From Octopus sinensis (lineage: Eukaryota): a stretch of DNA of 64,000 nucleotides. The position numbers were made by a program, and so were the translations under genes. The notes beneath the pieces were generated by a model, which was not told the DNA's origin, made no database searches, and saw only the letters and a list, made by a program, of their open reading frames with translations. Of the stretch, positions 13,361 to 24,697 are shown in pieces. The stretch lies in NCBI RefSeq assembly GCF_006345805.1, contig NC_042997.1, forward strand, positions 44,888,001 to 44,952,000, in the 5' to 3' direction. Every line of letters starts with the position of its first letter. The first letter of the stretch is position 1.

Positions 13361-13683
13361 GTGTGTACAAACAGTGAGTACAAACTGTTCAAAAGTGAAA
13401 GAAATTAGGTTGGTATGAGGTAGGAAAAAAGTCTCATGTTTTGGGCAGTACCACCCCAAATGACAAAGTATTGCCAGGTAAGTTAAACTTGTCATCTGTG
13501 TGCTTGTTATCACCTTTGTATTTCCATTAGCTTTTCCCATGCTGGCATGGGTTGTACAAGACTTCTGAAAGCAGCACTCTACAGAGAAGTGGCCAAATGT
13601 CTTTCTTGATATCAACCCTCATTTGTTCTTCATATACTGAGAATCAGAATCGAAATCGATCAATGGAAATTGCAGCTGAGTTA

Positions 13684-14250
13684 CCAGTGCCGGTGGCATG
13701 TAAGAACGTGGCCGTTGCCAGCGCCGCCCCGACTGGCCTCGTGCCGGTGGCATGTAAAAAGCACCATCCGTTCGTGGTTGCTGCCAGCCTCGCCTGGCCC
13801 CCGTGCCAGTGGCACATAAAAAGCACCATCTGATCGTGGCCGTTGCCAGCCTCGCCTGGCCCCCGTGCCGGTGGCACATAAAAAGCACCATCCGATCGTG
13901 GCCGTTGCCAGCTTCATCTGGTTTCTGTGCTGGTGGCACGTAAAAAGCACCATCCGTTCGTGGTCGTTGCCAGCCTCGCCTGGCCCCCGTGCCGGTGGCA
14001 CATAAAAAGCACCATCTGATCGTGGCCGTTGCCAGCTTCGTCTGCTCTCCGTGCCGGTGGCACGTAAAAAGCACCCACTACACTCACAGAGTGGTTGGCG
14101 TTAGGAAGGGCATCCAGCCGTAGAAACATTGCCAGATAAAACTGGGCCTGGTGCAGCCTTCTGGCTTCCCAGACCCCAGTTGAACTGTCCAACCCATGCT
14201 AGCGTGGAAATCGGACGCTAAACAATGATGATGATGATGATGATGATGAT
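13684..14250 (+). mobile_element. (ATG)n-tailed retroposon carrying an internal 62-bp tandem array
   Basis: ggcac(a/g)taaaaagcaccatc unit recurs at 13749, 13811, 13873, 13935, 13997, 14059; fixed 3' body ...aacccatgctagc.tggaaa.cggacgctaaacgatgatgatg. Relatives at ~20440-20838, 26060-26360, 38400-38750, 56066-56465 (-), 57871-58127. Confidence 0.8.
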
Positions 14251-16686
14251 ACTACTTTCAGATGTGTGTTAGAGAGAGTAAGTGTGTGTGTGTGTGTGTG
14301 TGAGAATGTGTTTTAATGGGAGGCATAAAGAGCATCAGAACTGATATAGTATCATGGAAAGATGTGGATATAAACACATATACATTCAAGCATGCATGTG
14401 TGTGCACACACACATGCATGATGAGTTTCTGTACAGATTCAGTCTGCTGGTTTCACTAACAAGGTATTAGTCACTCAAGCACTATAACAGAAGACACTTG
14501 CCCAAGGTGCCATGCAGTGGGATCAAATGAAAAACTGCATGATGGCAAAGCAAGCTTCTTAATCATGGAGTTGTGCCTCACATTAAAGTAATTTATTCCA
14601 GTGCTTGAACGTAATCATAATATCTATAACAAGAACTATGTAACATCACACAATAAAAGTCACTGAATATTAAGAAAAGAAACAAAAAGAGAAACGTTAA
14701 AAACACAAGCCAACAAAGGATCTGCCACATGGTCATGTGAACTGTAAGAAATAGCAGCCAAGTTTCCACAAAATCATACTCTACCAATTAAAAAAAAAAA
14801 AAATTTAGGCTTATAATGGAGAATATATATTATGTCAGTGATATACTATGCCAGTGGGGAGGGGAGATAAGGAGGATGGCCATGGATGGCTTTTGATCGC
14901 AGGTTAGCTAACTCATTGTTCACTTAAGGCTAAACAACAAAAACAGCCCAGTCTTAAAATCAAACATCACATTATTCTATAAAGTTACAGACAAAACTGT
15001 GTTGAATTAACGAATCAATATTTGTCACAAAGATCACACTCATACTGAACAAATTTCTGATCAGCCTACAATATGAGTTTAAATAAACCTTTCTGATTTT
15101 GGTACAAGGCCAGCAATTTTAAGAGAAGGAAGAACTCAGTTACATCAAACAGTGCTCCACTGGTTCTTATTTTACTGAACTCAAAAAAGATAAAAGGCAA
15201 AGTTGGATGATGATAACGACGATGATGATGATGGTGATGATGACGAAGATGATGATGACGATGACGAAGATGATGATGATGATGGTGATGATGATGAAGA
15301 TGATGATGATAGCAATTAATGAAAACAGGGGAAAAAAATCCAAAAGAATATAATCATGAAATAGTTACTCAATGGTGACACCAAATCTTTAAAAAAAATC
15401 TTCACTTGCAAAACCAAAAGTAAAAATTTGTTTGAGTCAACTTATTCGCACTATTAAACTCAGTAAGAGCAGCAGTGGTAATGATGGTGGACGTATAGAA
15501 ATAATCAAAGCCATTTTACCAGCTTTCTTAATTGCATTAAAATTTATAAGGCTAAAAAAGCAAACAAAAACCTTTGAGATTTGTCATGCCTTAAATCAAC
15601 TCCCTAATCTAGTGGTCCATTGAAAACACTGTTCAGCTGTAAAAAATGATACTCTCATTTATCAAACAGATAATCATATTTATTTATTTATAAAATTCTG
15701 TGTGTGCGTGGGCGGGGAGGAGATACCACGTTGAAATATATTTAATCAGTGAACTAATTATCTGTTGTACAATCAAAGTTCCTGGAGCCTGCATGTTCAG
15801 TGGGGAGTAACAGTGATAGTCTCATTACCTGATCTAAATCGCTTGTTTTTGTTCATTAAATATTTCATAAGTATTCTGCGGAATGAAATACTTAGTCTCA
15901 ACATCCATAATTTTATTGTTTACTGAAGATTATGTGCTAAAGTAAGCACTAACACATTCGATTTTGTGAGCTACAATAGTAATAATTTTAATTCATTAAG
16001 ACTATGTCTTTTATACTGAAAGAGATAAACTCAAAGCAAATATGATAGCATAAGTTGAAAAGAAAAAAAATACTCTTTTTGAAATGAGTTGATGTACACG
16101 AGATCCAATTAATTAAAATTGGAAGAATAGATGATGGTGAAAGATTGTCTGATTATGTAGTTGTATTGTCATCATCATGAACAGGATGAAAACCTTAGGT
16201 GTGCCAGTATTTAAAAGGCACATTTTCCAAGTCTTGAAAGAGCACATATCTTTTAGAAAGTAAGTACAAATTTCAAAACTCTTTACAAGCAACACAGTGT
16301 GCTCTTGAAATCTTCACTTATGATCTGGATCTTGAGGGAAAATTTATTTATTTATCTATAATACATACTCTTATCATATACAAAATACAAATCTAATTTT
16401 AGGTAAAGAAATCTAAGAAAAATATCTCTTGTATATAATACGCACTATAAAATGGTGCTAAAATAACATCACCAAGCTAGTTTTTGTGTTTAATGTGCAC
16501 ACACAAATTTTTAAGATTTAATAATCTGGCAAAAAATATGCATTATACACAAATGAATATGGGATGTGACATTTGAAATTAATGGGAGATTGCCATCTTA
16601 TCTGTTTAGCTATAATTATATAAGAAATTATATGAAATTTTGATAATTTACAAAGGTTAATACATGACAAAAATTGTAAGACTAAC

Positions 16687-16825
16687 CTCATACTACGCAA
16701 AGAATTGGTACGATGACCGATAGTTCTCCGTGACTGACGTCGATCAAATGTGGAAAATCCTCCATCATCAAGTACTGGGGGCTCCAGTGGAAGAGGTGGG
16801 GTGTTACGTCTACGAATAGTTTCAC
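16687..16825 (-). CDS. sdk: Sidekick juxtamembrane cytoplasmic exon
   Basis: attttacag|GT...AG|gttagt; 139 nt, phase 1 to 2. Encodes ETIRRRNTPPLPLEPPVLDDGGFSTFDRRQSRRTIGHRTNSLRSM; LDDGGF resembles the Sdk LD.GGF motif; phases fit both neighbours. Confidence 0.93.
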
Positions 16826-17815
16826 CTGTAAAATATTGTAACAATGGTAATATTAGGTAAGGTCAGAAATTGAAGTAGCAAAGTATATGTTAATAATAAG
16901 GACAAGTAATACAATAAATGAATAAATTGCTAAGCTGCATACAAGTTCAAGGGTGGGATTATATGAAACTGTTACAGACAATGTACCAAGGCACCAACAA
17001 AGAAATCGGCTAACACTTTACCTATTACAGAATGGTGATTACTTTTGTTCAAGCAAGGCTGGAAGTCTCTGTATGTTGTATTATTTTGATCAAGTATGCA
17101 AATATGGTGAAGAAGGATCTGAAATATTTTGTTCAAAGAAAGCTGTTGAGGAACATCCCTAACTCAATTGTAGAAATTCTATAAGGTATCGATCTCAGAA
17201 GTCACCTCAGTGATACTCTGTCTTTCTTTCTATTGTCTGAATAGATATGGGTAACAGAGTAAAAGAAAGTAAAAAAAGGGTAAAGACTCCCTTTGGTCAC
17301 GCATGACCAAGTGATTGCACCCAGAAAGTTACCCTCTGAGGCACAAGTCCACACAAAGTTGCTCATGGAAGACCAGAAGTCACCCATGCATACCAACCTC
17401 CCCACTCCACCTCACCAATGTTGTCCAAGGGAAAGGCAAAGGGGCCAATACAGCTTGATACCAGTGATGTTGCAACAGCTGGGTGAACTGGAGCAACGTG
17501 AAATAAAGCGTTTTTCTCAAGAAACACAACACAACTGCTTGGTCCAGGAATCAAACTCACTACCTCATTATTGTGAACCTGACTCTCTAACCACTGAGCC
17601 AAGGATATTAACCTTAAATATCTCCCAAAGCACAGTATGATACAGGTTGGAATGCTTTTGATCATAGGTTTGACTATGGAGCTAAACAACAACAAAATCT
17701 ATGTAGTTAGTGGAGCAAATTGTGTTACATCAACCACATGTATCAGCATTTAGTCTCTCAATGAACCAACAAAAATGGAACTTCTACACTGTCACTGAAT
17801 CTGCTAGAAATACTA

Positions 17816-18243
17816 CAGGTGGCGAGCTGCCAGAAACGTTAGCACGCCGGGTGAAATGCTTAGCAGTATTTCATCTGCCGCTACTTTCTGAGTTCAAATT
17901 CTGCCGAGGTCGACTTTGCCTTTCACCCTTTCACCCTTTCAGGGTCGATAAATTAAGTACCAGTTACGCACTGGGGTCGATGTAATCGACTTAATCCAGT
18001 TGTCTGTCCTTGTTTGTCCTCTCTATGTTTAGCCCCTTGTGGGTAGTAAAGAAATAGGTATTTCGTCTGCCGTTACGTTCTGAGTTCAAATTCTGCCGAG
18101 GTCGACTTTGCCTTTCATCCTTTCAGGGTCGATAAATTAAGTACCAGTTATGCACTGGGGTTGATGTAATCGACTTAATCCATTTGTCTGTCCTTGTTTG
18201 TCCCCTCTGTGTTTAGCCCTTTGCGGGCAATAAAGAAATAAGA
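17816..18243 (+). mobile_element. SINE family B, internally duplicated copy
   Basis: ggtggcgagctg...gagttcaaattc (B-box-like)...gtcgactttgcc...ttagccccttg repeated twice; other copies at ~29850-30060 and 53000-53222 (minus). Confidence 0.8.
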
Positions 18244-18299
18244 AATACTACAGATTCAGTTCAGTAGCAAAGTATACATCAAAGTCATCAGCAAAAGTA

Positions 18300-18900
18300 G
18301 TTGCCACTGGCACCTAATCTTAAACTCCTCTGTTATGGCCCAGAGGAATATTATGAAAAGGTGGGGGAGGGGGGGCTGAGAATCAAGCCCCAGTGAACTC
18401 TTCTATGCACACTAAATTCATCACTGTACTCTTTGCTAAGTCTCACCTTACTGACAACACCTCTGCACTGTACATGGCTTGAATGGCTGTCACCAACCAT
18501 TTGTCTAAATTTAGCTTCTGCAGTGACCATCAGATCAGGGAATGAGGCTTTCTCCAGACTAATAAATACCAAGCTTGCTTTGGGCTAAATACTTCTTGTG
18601 AAGTTGCCTTACAAGAAAGAGGGCAGCAGTAGTATTTCTCCATGGCACTAAACCAAATAATAGCATCTCATCTAGGTTAATTCTCTTTCTAATTAGTTGA
18701 GCTACAACACTTTTTCTAATTTGATGCTTCTGTTACTATCTTTCTCAAAATCATCTCCTTTACCCTTCTAACAGTTAAATACAATGGCTACTACATCAGT
18801 TGTTGGATGCAACACATTCTTGTACAAACTCTATTAGCCATACAAGTGAACTACCATATCCTACTCTGTGAGATATTTTAAGCATCTCAGCAGTGATTCC
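18300..18900 (-). mobile_element. Degraded RTE-like LINE RT fragment
   Basis: Minus frame '...SEEFSVHRRVHWG.ILSP' resembles RT 'S..F.V..GV.QG..LSP'; homologous to 47800-48100. Boundaries approximate. Confidence 0.55.
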
Positions 18901-19106
18901 TGATTAATCAGGGCTTTTCCTGCCTTCATATTCTTAATTTCTTCAACAATCTGCTATCAAGTAGAATAGTTGGTCCTGTTGGGAAGACCTGCTTCCTCAC
19001 ACATTCTCCACATTTAATAACCTTTCTTACTTGACTTCCAAGCTGCATTCTTTTATGTGCGTGTATGTGTGTGTGAGCGTATGTATGTGTGTGCATACAT
19101 GCGTAT

Positions 19107-19140
<34 letters not shown>

Positions 19141-19290
19141 CTTTATTTAAAGCAGCAGAAAATTCAACAAAACCTGTTACTCTGAGTTTCCCGTTGCCGT
19201 TCATCAAAACTAGCAAAAACTGTCCGATGAACGGCAACGGGAAACTCAGAGTAACAGGTTTTGTTGAATTTTCTGCTGCTTTAAATAAAG
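19141..19290. repeat. Perfect inverted repeat, 65-bp arms, 20-nt spacer (probable Penelope-like pLTR palindrome)
   Basis: 19141-19205 is the exact reverse complement of 19226-19290; contains a hammerhead motif. Confidence 0.9.
19220..19257 (+). ncRNA. Minimal type I hammerhead-ribozyme motif (Penelope-type), U4C core variant
   Basis: CTGT-CCGATGA-A CG GCAA CG G-GAA-ACTC A GAGT-A-ACAG: helix I CTGT/ACAG, GNRA-capped helix II, near-palindromic helix III, GUA cleavage triplet. Confidence 0.6.
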
Positions 19291-19360
19291 CATATTACTC
19301 TACCACTGGTATTTGAGTACTCATTTTTCCACCTTGTTTCACATTTATGTGTTTACTCTG

Positions 19361-19401
<41 letters not shown>

Positions 19402-19641
19402 CACACACACACACATATATGTATGTATATATATTTACAAGTATATACATGTTTGTGTGTATATATATTCTTTTATTTGTTTCAGTCATTTGACTGCAGC
19501 CATGCTGGAGCACCACCTCAAAGGAATCGACCCCAGGATTTATTCTTTGTAGAAGACACTTGTTTAAGGTGCCACACAGTGGGACTGAACCCGAACCATG
19601 TGGTTGGGAAGCAAGCTTCTTACGACACAACCATGCCTGTG

Positions 19642-19685
<44 letters not shown>

Positions 19686-20806
19686 TGCATATATACATAT
19701 GTACATACCTCTTACTAACTGTGAGTAGCTATGCAGATCCTGTACAAGAAACTGCTCTGATCATTCCCCATTCTCTCCCACTTTAACCCCTTCTCCTCTA
19801 GTATGAAACTGACACCCACATCTGCAAGGGTTCATAGTCCTTTGAGCTGCATTGTGATGTCGTCAGTGCTGGTAGCATAAAAAAGTACCCACTGCATACT
19901 GTGAAGTGGTTAGCTTTAGGAAGGACATAGAACATGCCAAAGTAGACGACAGAATGCAATGCAAACCTCAGACCCACGGGACCAGGTCAAACCATCCAAC
20001 CCATGCCAGCATAGAATGTGGATCTCTTAATTACCCAGTTTTTACAATAGTCGTACACTCTTTTACATAAATGATACAACCTTGACAGTATTTAAAAGCT
20101 ATTTCCCAAATCCATCTCAACATTTATCAATTACCCAGTCAGTTTGATGTTCAACTAGACTGCAGCTTTCACGAGTCAATGAATTCTACTCAAACATGAA
20201 GTATTTTGTAAAATTGTTTTAAGTATGCATGTATACCCTATTGACTTGCTAACATAGCATTAGGGTTCAGAAATGCAGTGGGTAAATTAAAAATCGATAA
20301 TTCAAAGCTTTTCATCTTCCTTAACCCTTTTGTTATCATATTTTCATTGAAAGACATTGCCTTTTTTTCAGTTAATTTTTAAAAATCAAAGAATCAAATC
20401 AAAATCGATGAACATCAATGGAATTTGTAGTTTTGTGGTACCAGTGCTGGTGGCACATAAGAAAACCATCTGAATGTGGCCGTAGCCAGTACCGCATTGA
20501 CTGGCCTCCGTGCTGGTGGCATGTAACAAACACCATCCGATTGTGGCCGTGCCAGCCTCGCCTGGCCTCCGTGCCGGTGGCACGTAAAAAAACACCATCC
20601 GAGCGTGGCTGTTTGCCAGCCTCGTCTGGCACCTGTGTCGGTGGCACATAAAAAGCACCCACTACACTCACGGAGTGGTTGGCGTTAGGAAGGGCATCCA
20701 GCTGTAGAAACACTGCCAGATCTGACTGGCCTGGTGCAGCCTTCGGGCTTCCCAGACCCCAGTTGAACCGTCCAACCCATGCTAGCATGGAAAGCGGACG
20801 TTAAAC

Positions 20807-20839
<33 letters not shown>

Positions 20840-21293
20840 GAATGTTGTGAAATAACCTTATCATTGTTAAACTGGTGGTGTTTGGAACATAATGTGAAAT
20901 TTTGATGAAAGATTTTAATCCACATCATTTTAAAAGAGGAAGTTTGTATTACAGAGATGGTCCCAGACAGATTGATATTAAAAGGGTTAAAAGCATAATA
21001 ATATTTCCATCACAGAAATAAAGACTAACTAAAGGTTTTTTTCTTGCTTTCTCTTGTAGGTTTATAAGAATATTTTAAGCTTATATAAACCATACAATTG
21101 GTTAAACAAAACAATAAAACATGATGCTTAGAATATAAGATCCCATTTGGATTTAAAGAAAAAAAAAACAGAAAAAATACATTAAGGCTAGTTGTTGTGT
21201 TAACGGAAGATTGCTTTCAGTTTTCTGACATTTGACAATACACTAATTAGGCCACTTTGAGAGTTTCTGATTTAAAGAATGAGTTCTACTTAC

Positions 21294-21440
21294 GGGTCAT
21301 CTTTCGCTTCCTGCCAACCAGGACCAATAACAGCACAACAGCCATTATGACAATTAAACCACTCAGGGCAATAATAAGCAAGAACCACCATTCTGTATGA
21401 AACGGCCGTTCACTGAATGTACGCATTTTCCCAATTTCAC
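21294..21440 (-). CDS. sdk: Sidekick transmembrane exon
   Basis: ttttctccatag|GT...C|gtaagt; 147 nt, phase 1 to 1. Encodes EIGKMRTFSERPFHTEWWFLLIIALSGLIVIMAVVLLLVLVGRKRKMT: PF..EWWFL motif, hydrophobic helix and RKRK stop-transfer. Not in the ORF track. Confidence 0.96.
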
Positions 21441-23167
21441 CTATGGAGAAAATAAAAGTGATGTATATACATATACATACATATATATATAGAACAGGCA
21501 GTAAAACAAGAAAATGAAAATCTTTAAAATCAGATCAAAACAAAGATGTTTTAAAATAGAATATATAATGCAACATCATCATTTAACATCAGTTTTCCAT
21601 GCTGGCATGGGTTGGAAAGTTTGACAGGAGCTGTCCAGCTGAGGAGCTGCTTAGGCTCTATGTCTGTTTTGGCATGGTTACTATGGCTGAATGCCCTTCC
21701 TATTGCCAACCACTACACAAAGTGTTCTGGGAGCTTATACATAGCATCGGCATGGCTGCATTTACATGGAACCAGTACATGTACTTTATATGTGGTACCA
21801 GTACGCACCAGCCCACAAGATTAGGAACACTCAGTTGGAGGGAGGTGCAGAGAACATACTTATATGCAAAGACAACCTTGCATATAAGTATGTTCCCTGT
21901 ATCTCTTGATTTTACTTAGCTTGATGTGTCTTCTCAAGCTGAGCAAACTGCCAGGAGTCTCAGTGTGATGTAATTTCATAAAAGCATTTATATGAATGAT
22001 TTGGAAAAACAAAAATGAAAAGCCAATGATGTATTATAAAATCTCAATGATGGCCCTTCATTTGCATTGGTTTCTGGTTTAAAGAAACAAGTATAGCTGT
22101 GAGGTTAAGAAGTTTATTTGCAGCCTGGTTTCAAGTTTAGTCCCATTGTGTGGCACTGTAAGCAGGTGTCTTTTAATAAACCCCCAGGTTGATTAATGCC
22201 ATGTGAAATGTACTTTACAATCACTATGTACTTTACAATTGTCATTGCTTGAGCAAAGCAGCACTGATCTTGACATCCTCTGTTGATATGAATAGTTGTT
22301 CTGCACTTGTAAAGACATGCTTGAATGCAGAAAACTCTTACTTGAAAAACAGGTAAGTGTTGGCAACAAAAAGATTATCCACTTGTAAAATCCTGCATCA
22401 AATATCTCTCTTACAAGACCCTGGTCTTCATGGGAAAACCAGTGTTAAATTAGTGTATACATTTCAAGTTAACTTAGCCAAAAGCAGCCCTTTTATAAAA
22501 TAAACATTTGCAATTGTCACCAGCTCTTACACATTTCCAAGTAAGCCATTTAATCCTTTGTTTTTTTTGAATGATGAACCACTCAATAGTGAGGTCAAAA
22601 TACAAATAGGAAGACACAAACACCTCATCCAGACATACTGTTGTCATTGTATGAGTCATTTTCATGAGCTGGAGGACAATATGTTGCTTCAGTGTTTCAC
22701 TTTTGACATAGTTTCCTTTTCCTAAGCCCGACCTCTTTAATGTGTGAACTGGGTACAATCTATAGGGATTTCGTTGTCACCAACAAGACTAAAAAATCTT
22801 CTTGATACCTGTGTTGTTACTACTCAAGTTGATTTCTAGCCAGTAAGAATGTGTTTTAGGAGGTCTTTGTGGTAGAAATACTAGTGAGGTTGATTTGTAG
22901 CTTGGAAAGCAAAAGGAAGTCCCATGATGAATGGAAAAGATTTATTGTTGTGAGAGGATGGTAATGAAGAGAACATATACATACACACACACACACACAC
23001 ATATACATACACAAATGCATATAAATACATACAAACAATACACTGATACACACACATACATGATCAAGTTTCGGACTTATGCCAACTACTCTGAGAGTGT
23101 AGTGGGTGCTTTTACCTGCCATGGCATGGGAGCTAGTCACTTGACACTAGTATCGGTCACACTTGAA

Positions 23168-23408
23168 TGGTGCTTTTTCCGTGCTACCAGCATGGATGCC
23201 AGTCAGGCGGCACTGGCATTGACAATACCCCAATGGTGCTTTTTATGTGCCACCAGCATGGGTGCCAGTCAGGCAGCACTGGCATTGACAATACTCCAAT
23301 GGTGCTTTTTATGTGCCACCAGCATGGGTGCCAGTCAGGCGGCACTGGGATTGACAATACTCCAATGGTGCTTTTTATGTGCCACCAGCATGGGTGCCAG
23401 TCAGGCAA
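23168..23408 (-). repeat. 66-bp tandem repeat (~3.6 copies) within a related retroposon
   Basis: tggtgctttt unit starts at 23168, 23234, 23300, 23366; explains the repetitive ORFs in the track. Confidence 0.85.
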
Positions 23409-24523
23409 TGGTAAGACTGACCAGATTATTAATTTTAATTTTTCAAGATTTTAATGTTATTATTGCCTCATGTTTTATTGTAATATCTTAACACGGTCTT
23501 CAGGCATTAAATGTTTGTATTAACACTTATTAAAGATAGGTCATGCTAGTGATTTTACCAGCTCACCGTCTTATATAGTGCTGCTAGTAATGACATGAAA
23601 TTTCACTAACCACGGTCTGTAAGGAGATTGGTACGAGAAAGACCATACAGTGGTAAAAATCAAGACAAAAAAATAGAATGTATGAGCAAGACACAGTCAC
23701 CCAAACTATTTGGAAAGGCAGTAACTCTGAATGAGAACTGACTTAAACTGTGATGACAACTCTAACACATGCTGGCATGGAAAACAGATTTAGAATGAGG
23801 AAGATGATAAGGATTTCATTTTAATGGCAGGTCAGAATTAATCGATGAAAGTTGATTGCTACATCTTATATATTAACTGCTCCTACTTGGTGCAGCAAAG
23901 AATTGTATATTGCTGTAAGAACATAAGTGAAACTCTTAATTCTAACTGCTTCAGTTTTTAATTGCCTAATTAAATTTATATGGACAGAAGATAATTAACA
24001 ACTTTGGGACTGAAATATAGGATAATAAATGTTTCCTTCTTGAGCCATGCCAGGCTCAAAAGGGCCAGTTTCCCGGATTCAGTGGCGTATATATTCCCCA
24101 CTTTGACAGGATGCTGATCTGTTGCATTTTTGCTAGCTGAGTGTACTGGAACAATGTGAAATGAAGTGTTTAGCTCAAGAACACAACACATCGTCCGTTC
24201 CAGGAATTGAAACCATAATCTTATGATCATAAGTCCAACGCCCTAACCACTTAGCCATGCACCTCCACTGGGACTGAAATACATTAACAGACATACAATC
24301 TCTTATAAGTAAAGATGGTGAACTACCAATAACTTGTTAGCAGTTCAAATCTTATTGCTTGTCTCAACAGGCCTCACAAACAACCTGGTAAGTGATTACC
24401 AACAGGAAAAGCATGCTAAAAACAATTTTCCTAATGATATGCAAATGTCTTAATTTTCAAAATACAGTCTACTTACATTTGCATGGGAAAACACACGAGA
24501 AATAGCTTTAAAAAACTAAATAC

Positions 24524-24697
24524 CTTTTTCTGGATCTTGTATCAACATAGGTTTAGATGGTTCACTTGGAGGTCCAATTCCAAGCCAATTGTAGGCAAGC
24601 ACACGGAATTGGTACACTTTGCCAGTATCTAAGCTGTGAATATTAAGCAATGCACCAGTCTGTGGTGATTCCTTCAACAAAATATCAGTCCATTTTC
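24524..24697 (-). CDS. sdk: Sidekick, C-terminal half of the membrane-proximal fibronectin type III repeat
   Basis: tacattttcag|GA...G|gtattt; 174 nt, phase 1 to 1. Encodes KWTDILLKESPQTGALLNIHSLDTGKVYQFRVLAYNWLGIGPPSEPSKPMLIQDPEK, with the FN3 signature L..G..Y.FRV.A.N..G.G.PS. Confidence 0.95.

Noticed and set aside
13684-14075. CRISPR-like array
   Set aside because: Contiguous 62-bp tandem units without unique spacers, inside a eukaryotic retroposon; no cas genes.
22474-22758. 94-aa minus-strand ORF between the FN3 and TM exons
   Set aside because: No acceptor/donor pair gives a phase 1-1 exon; no recognisable domain.
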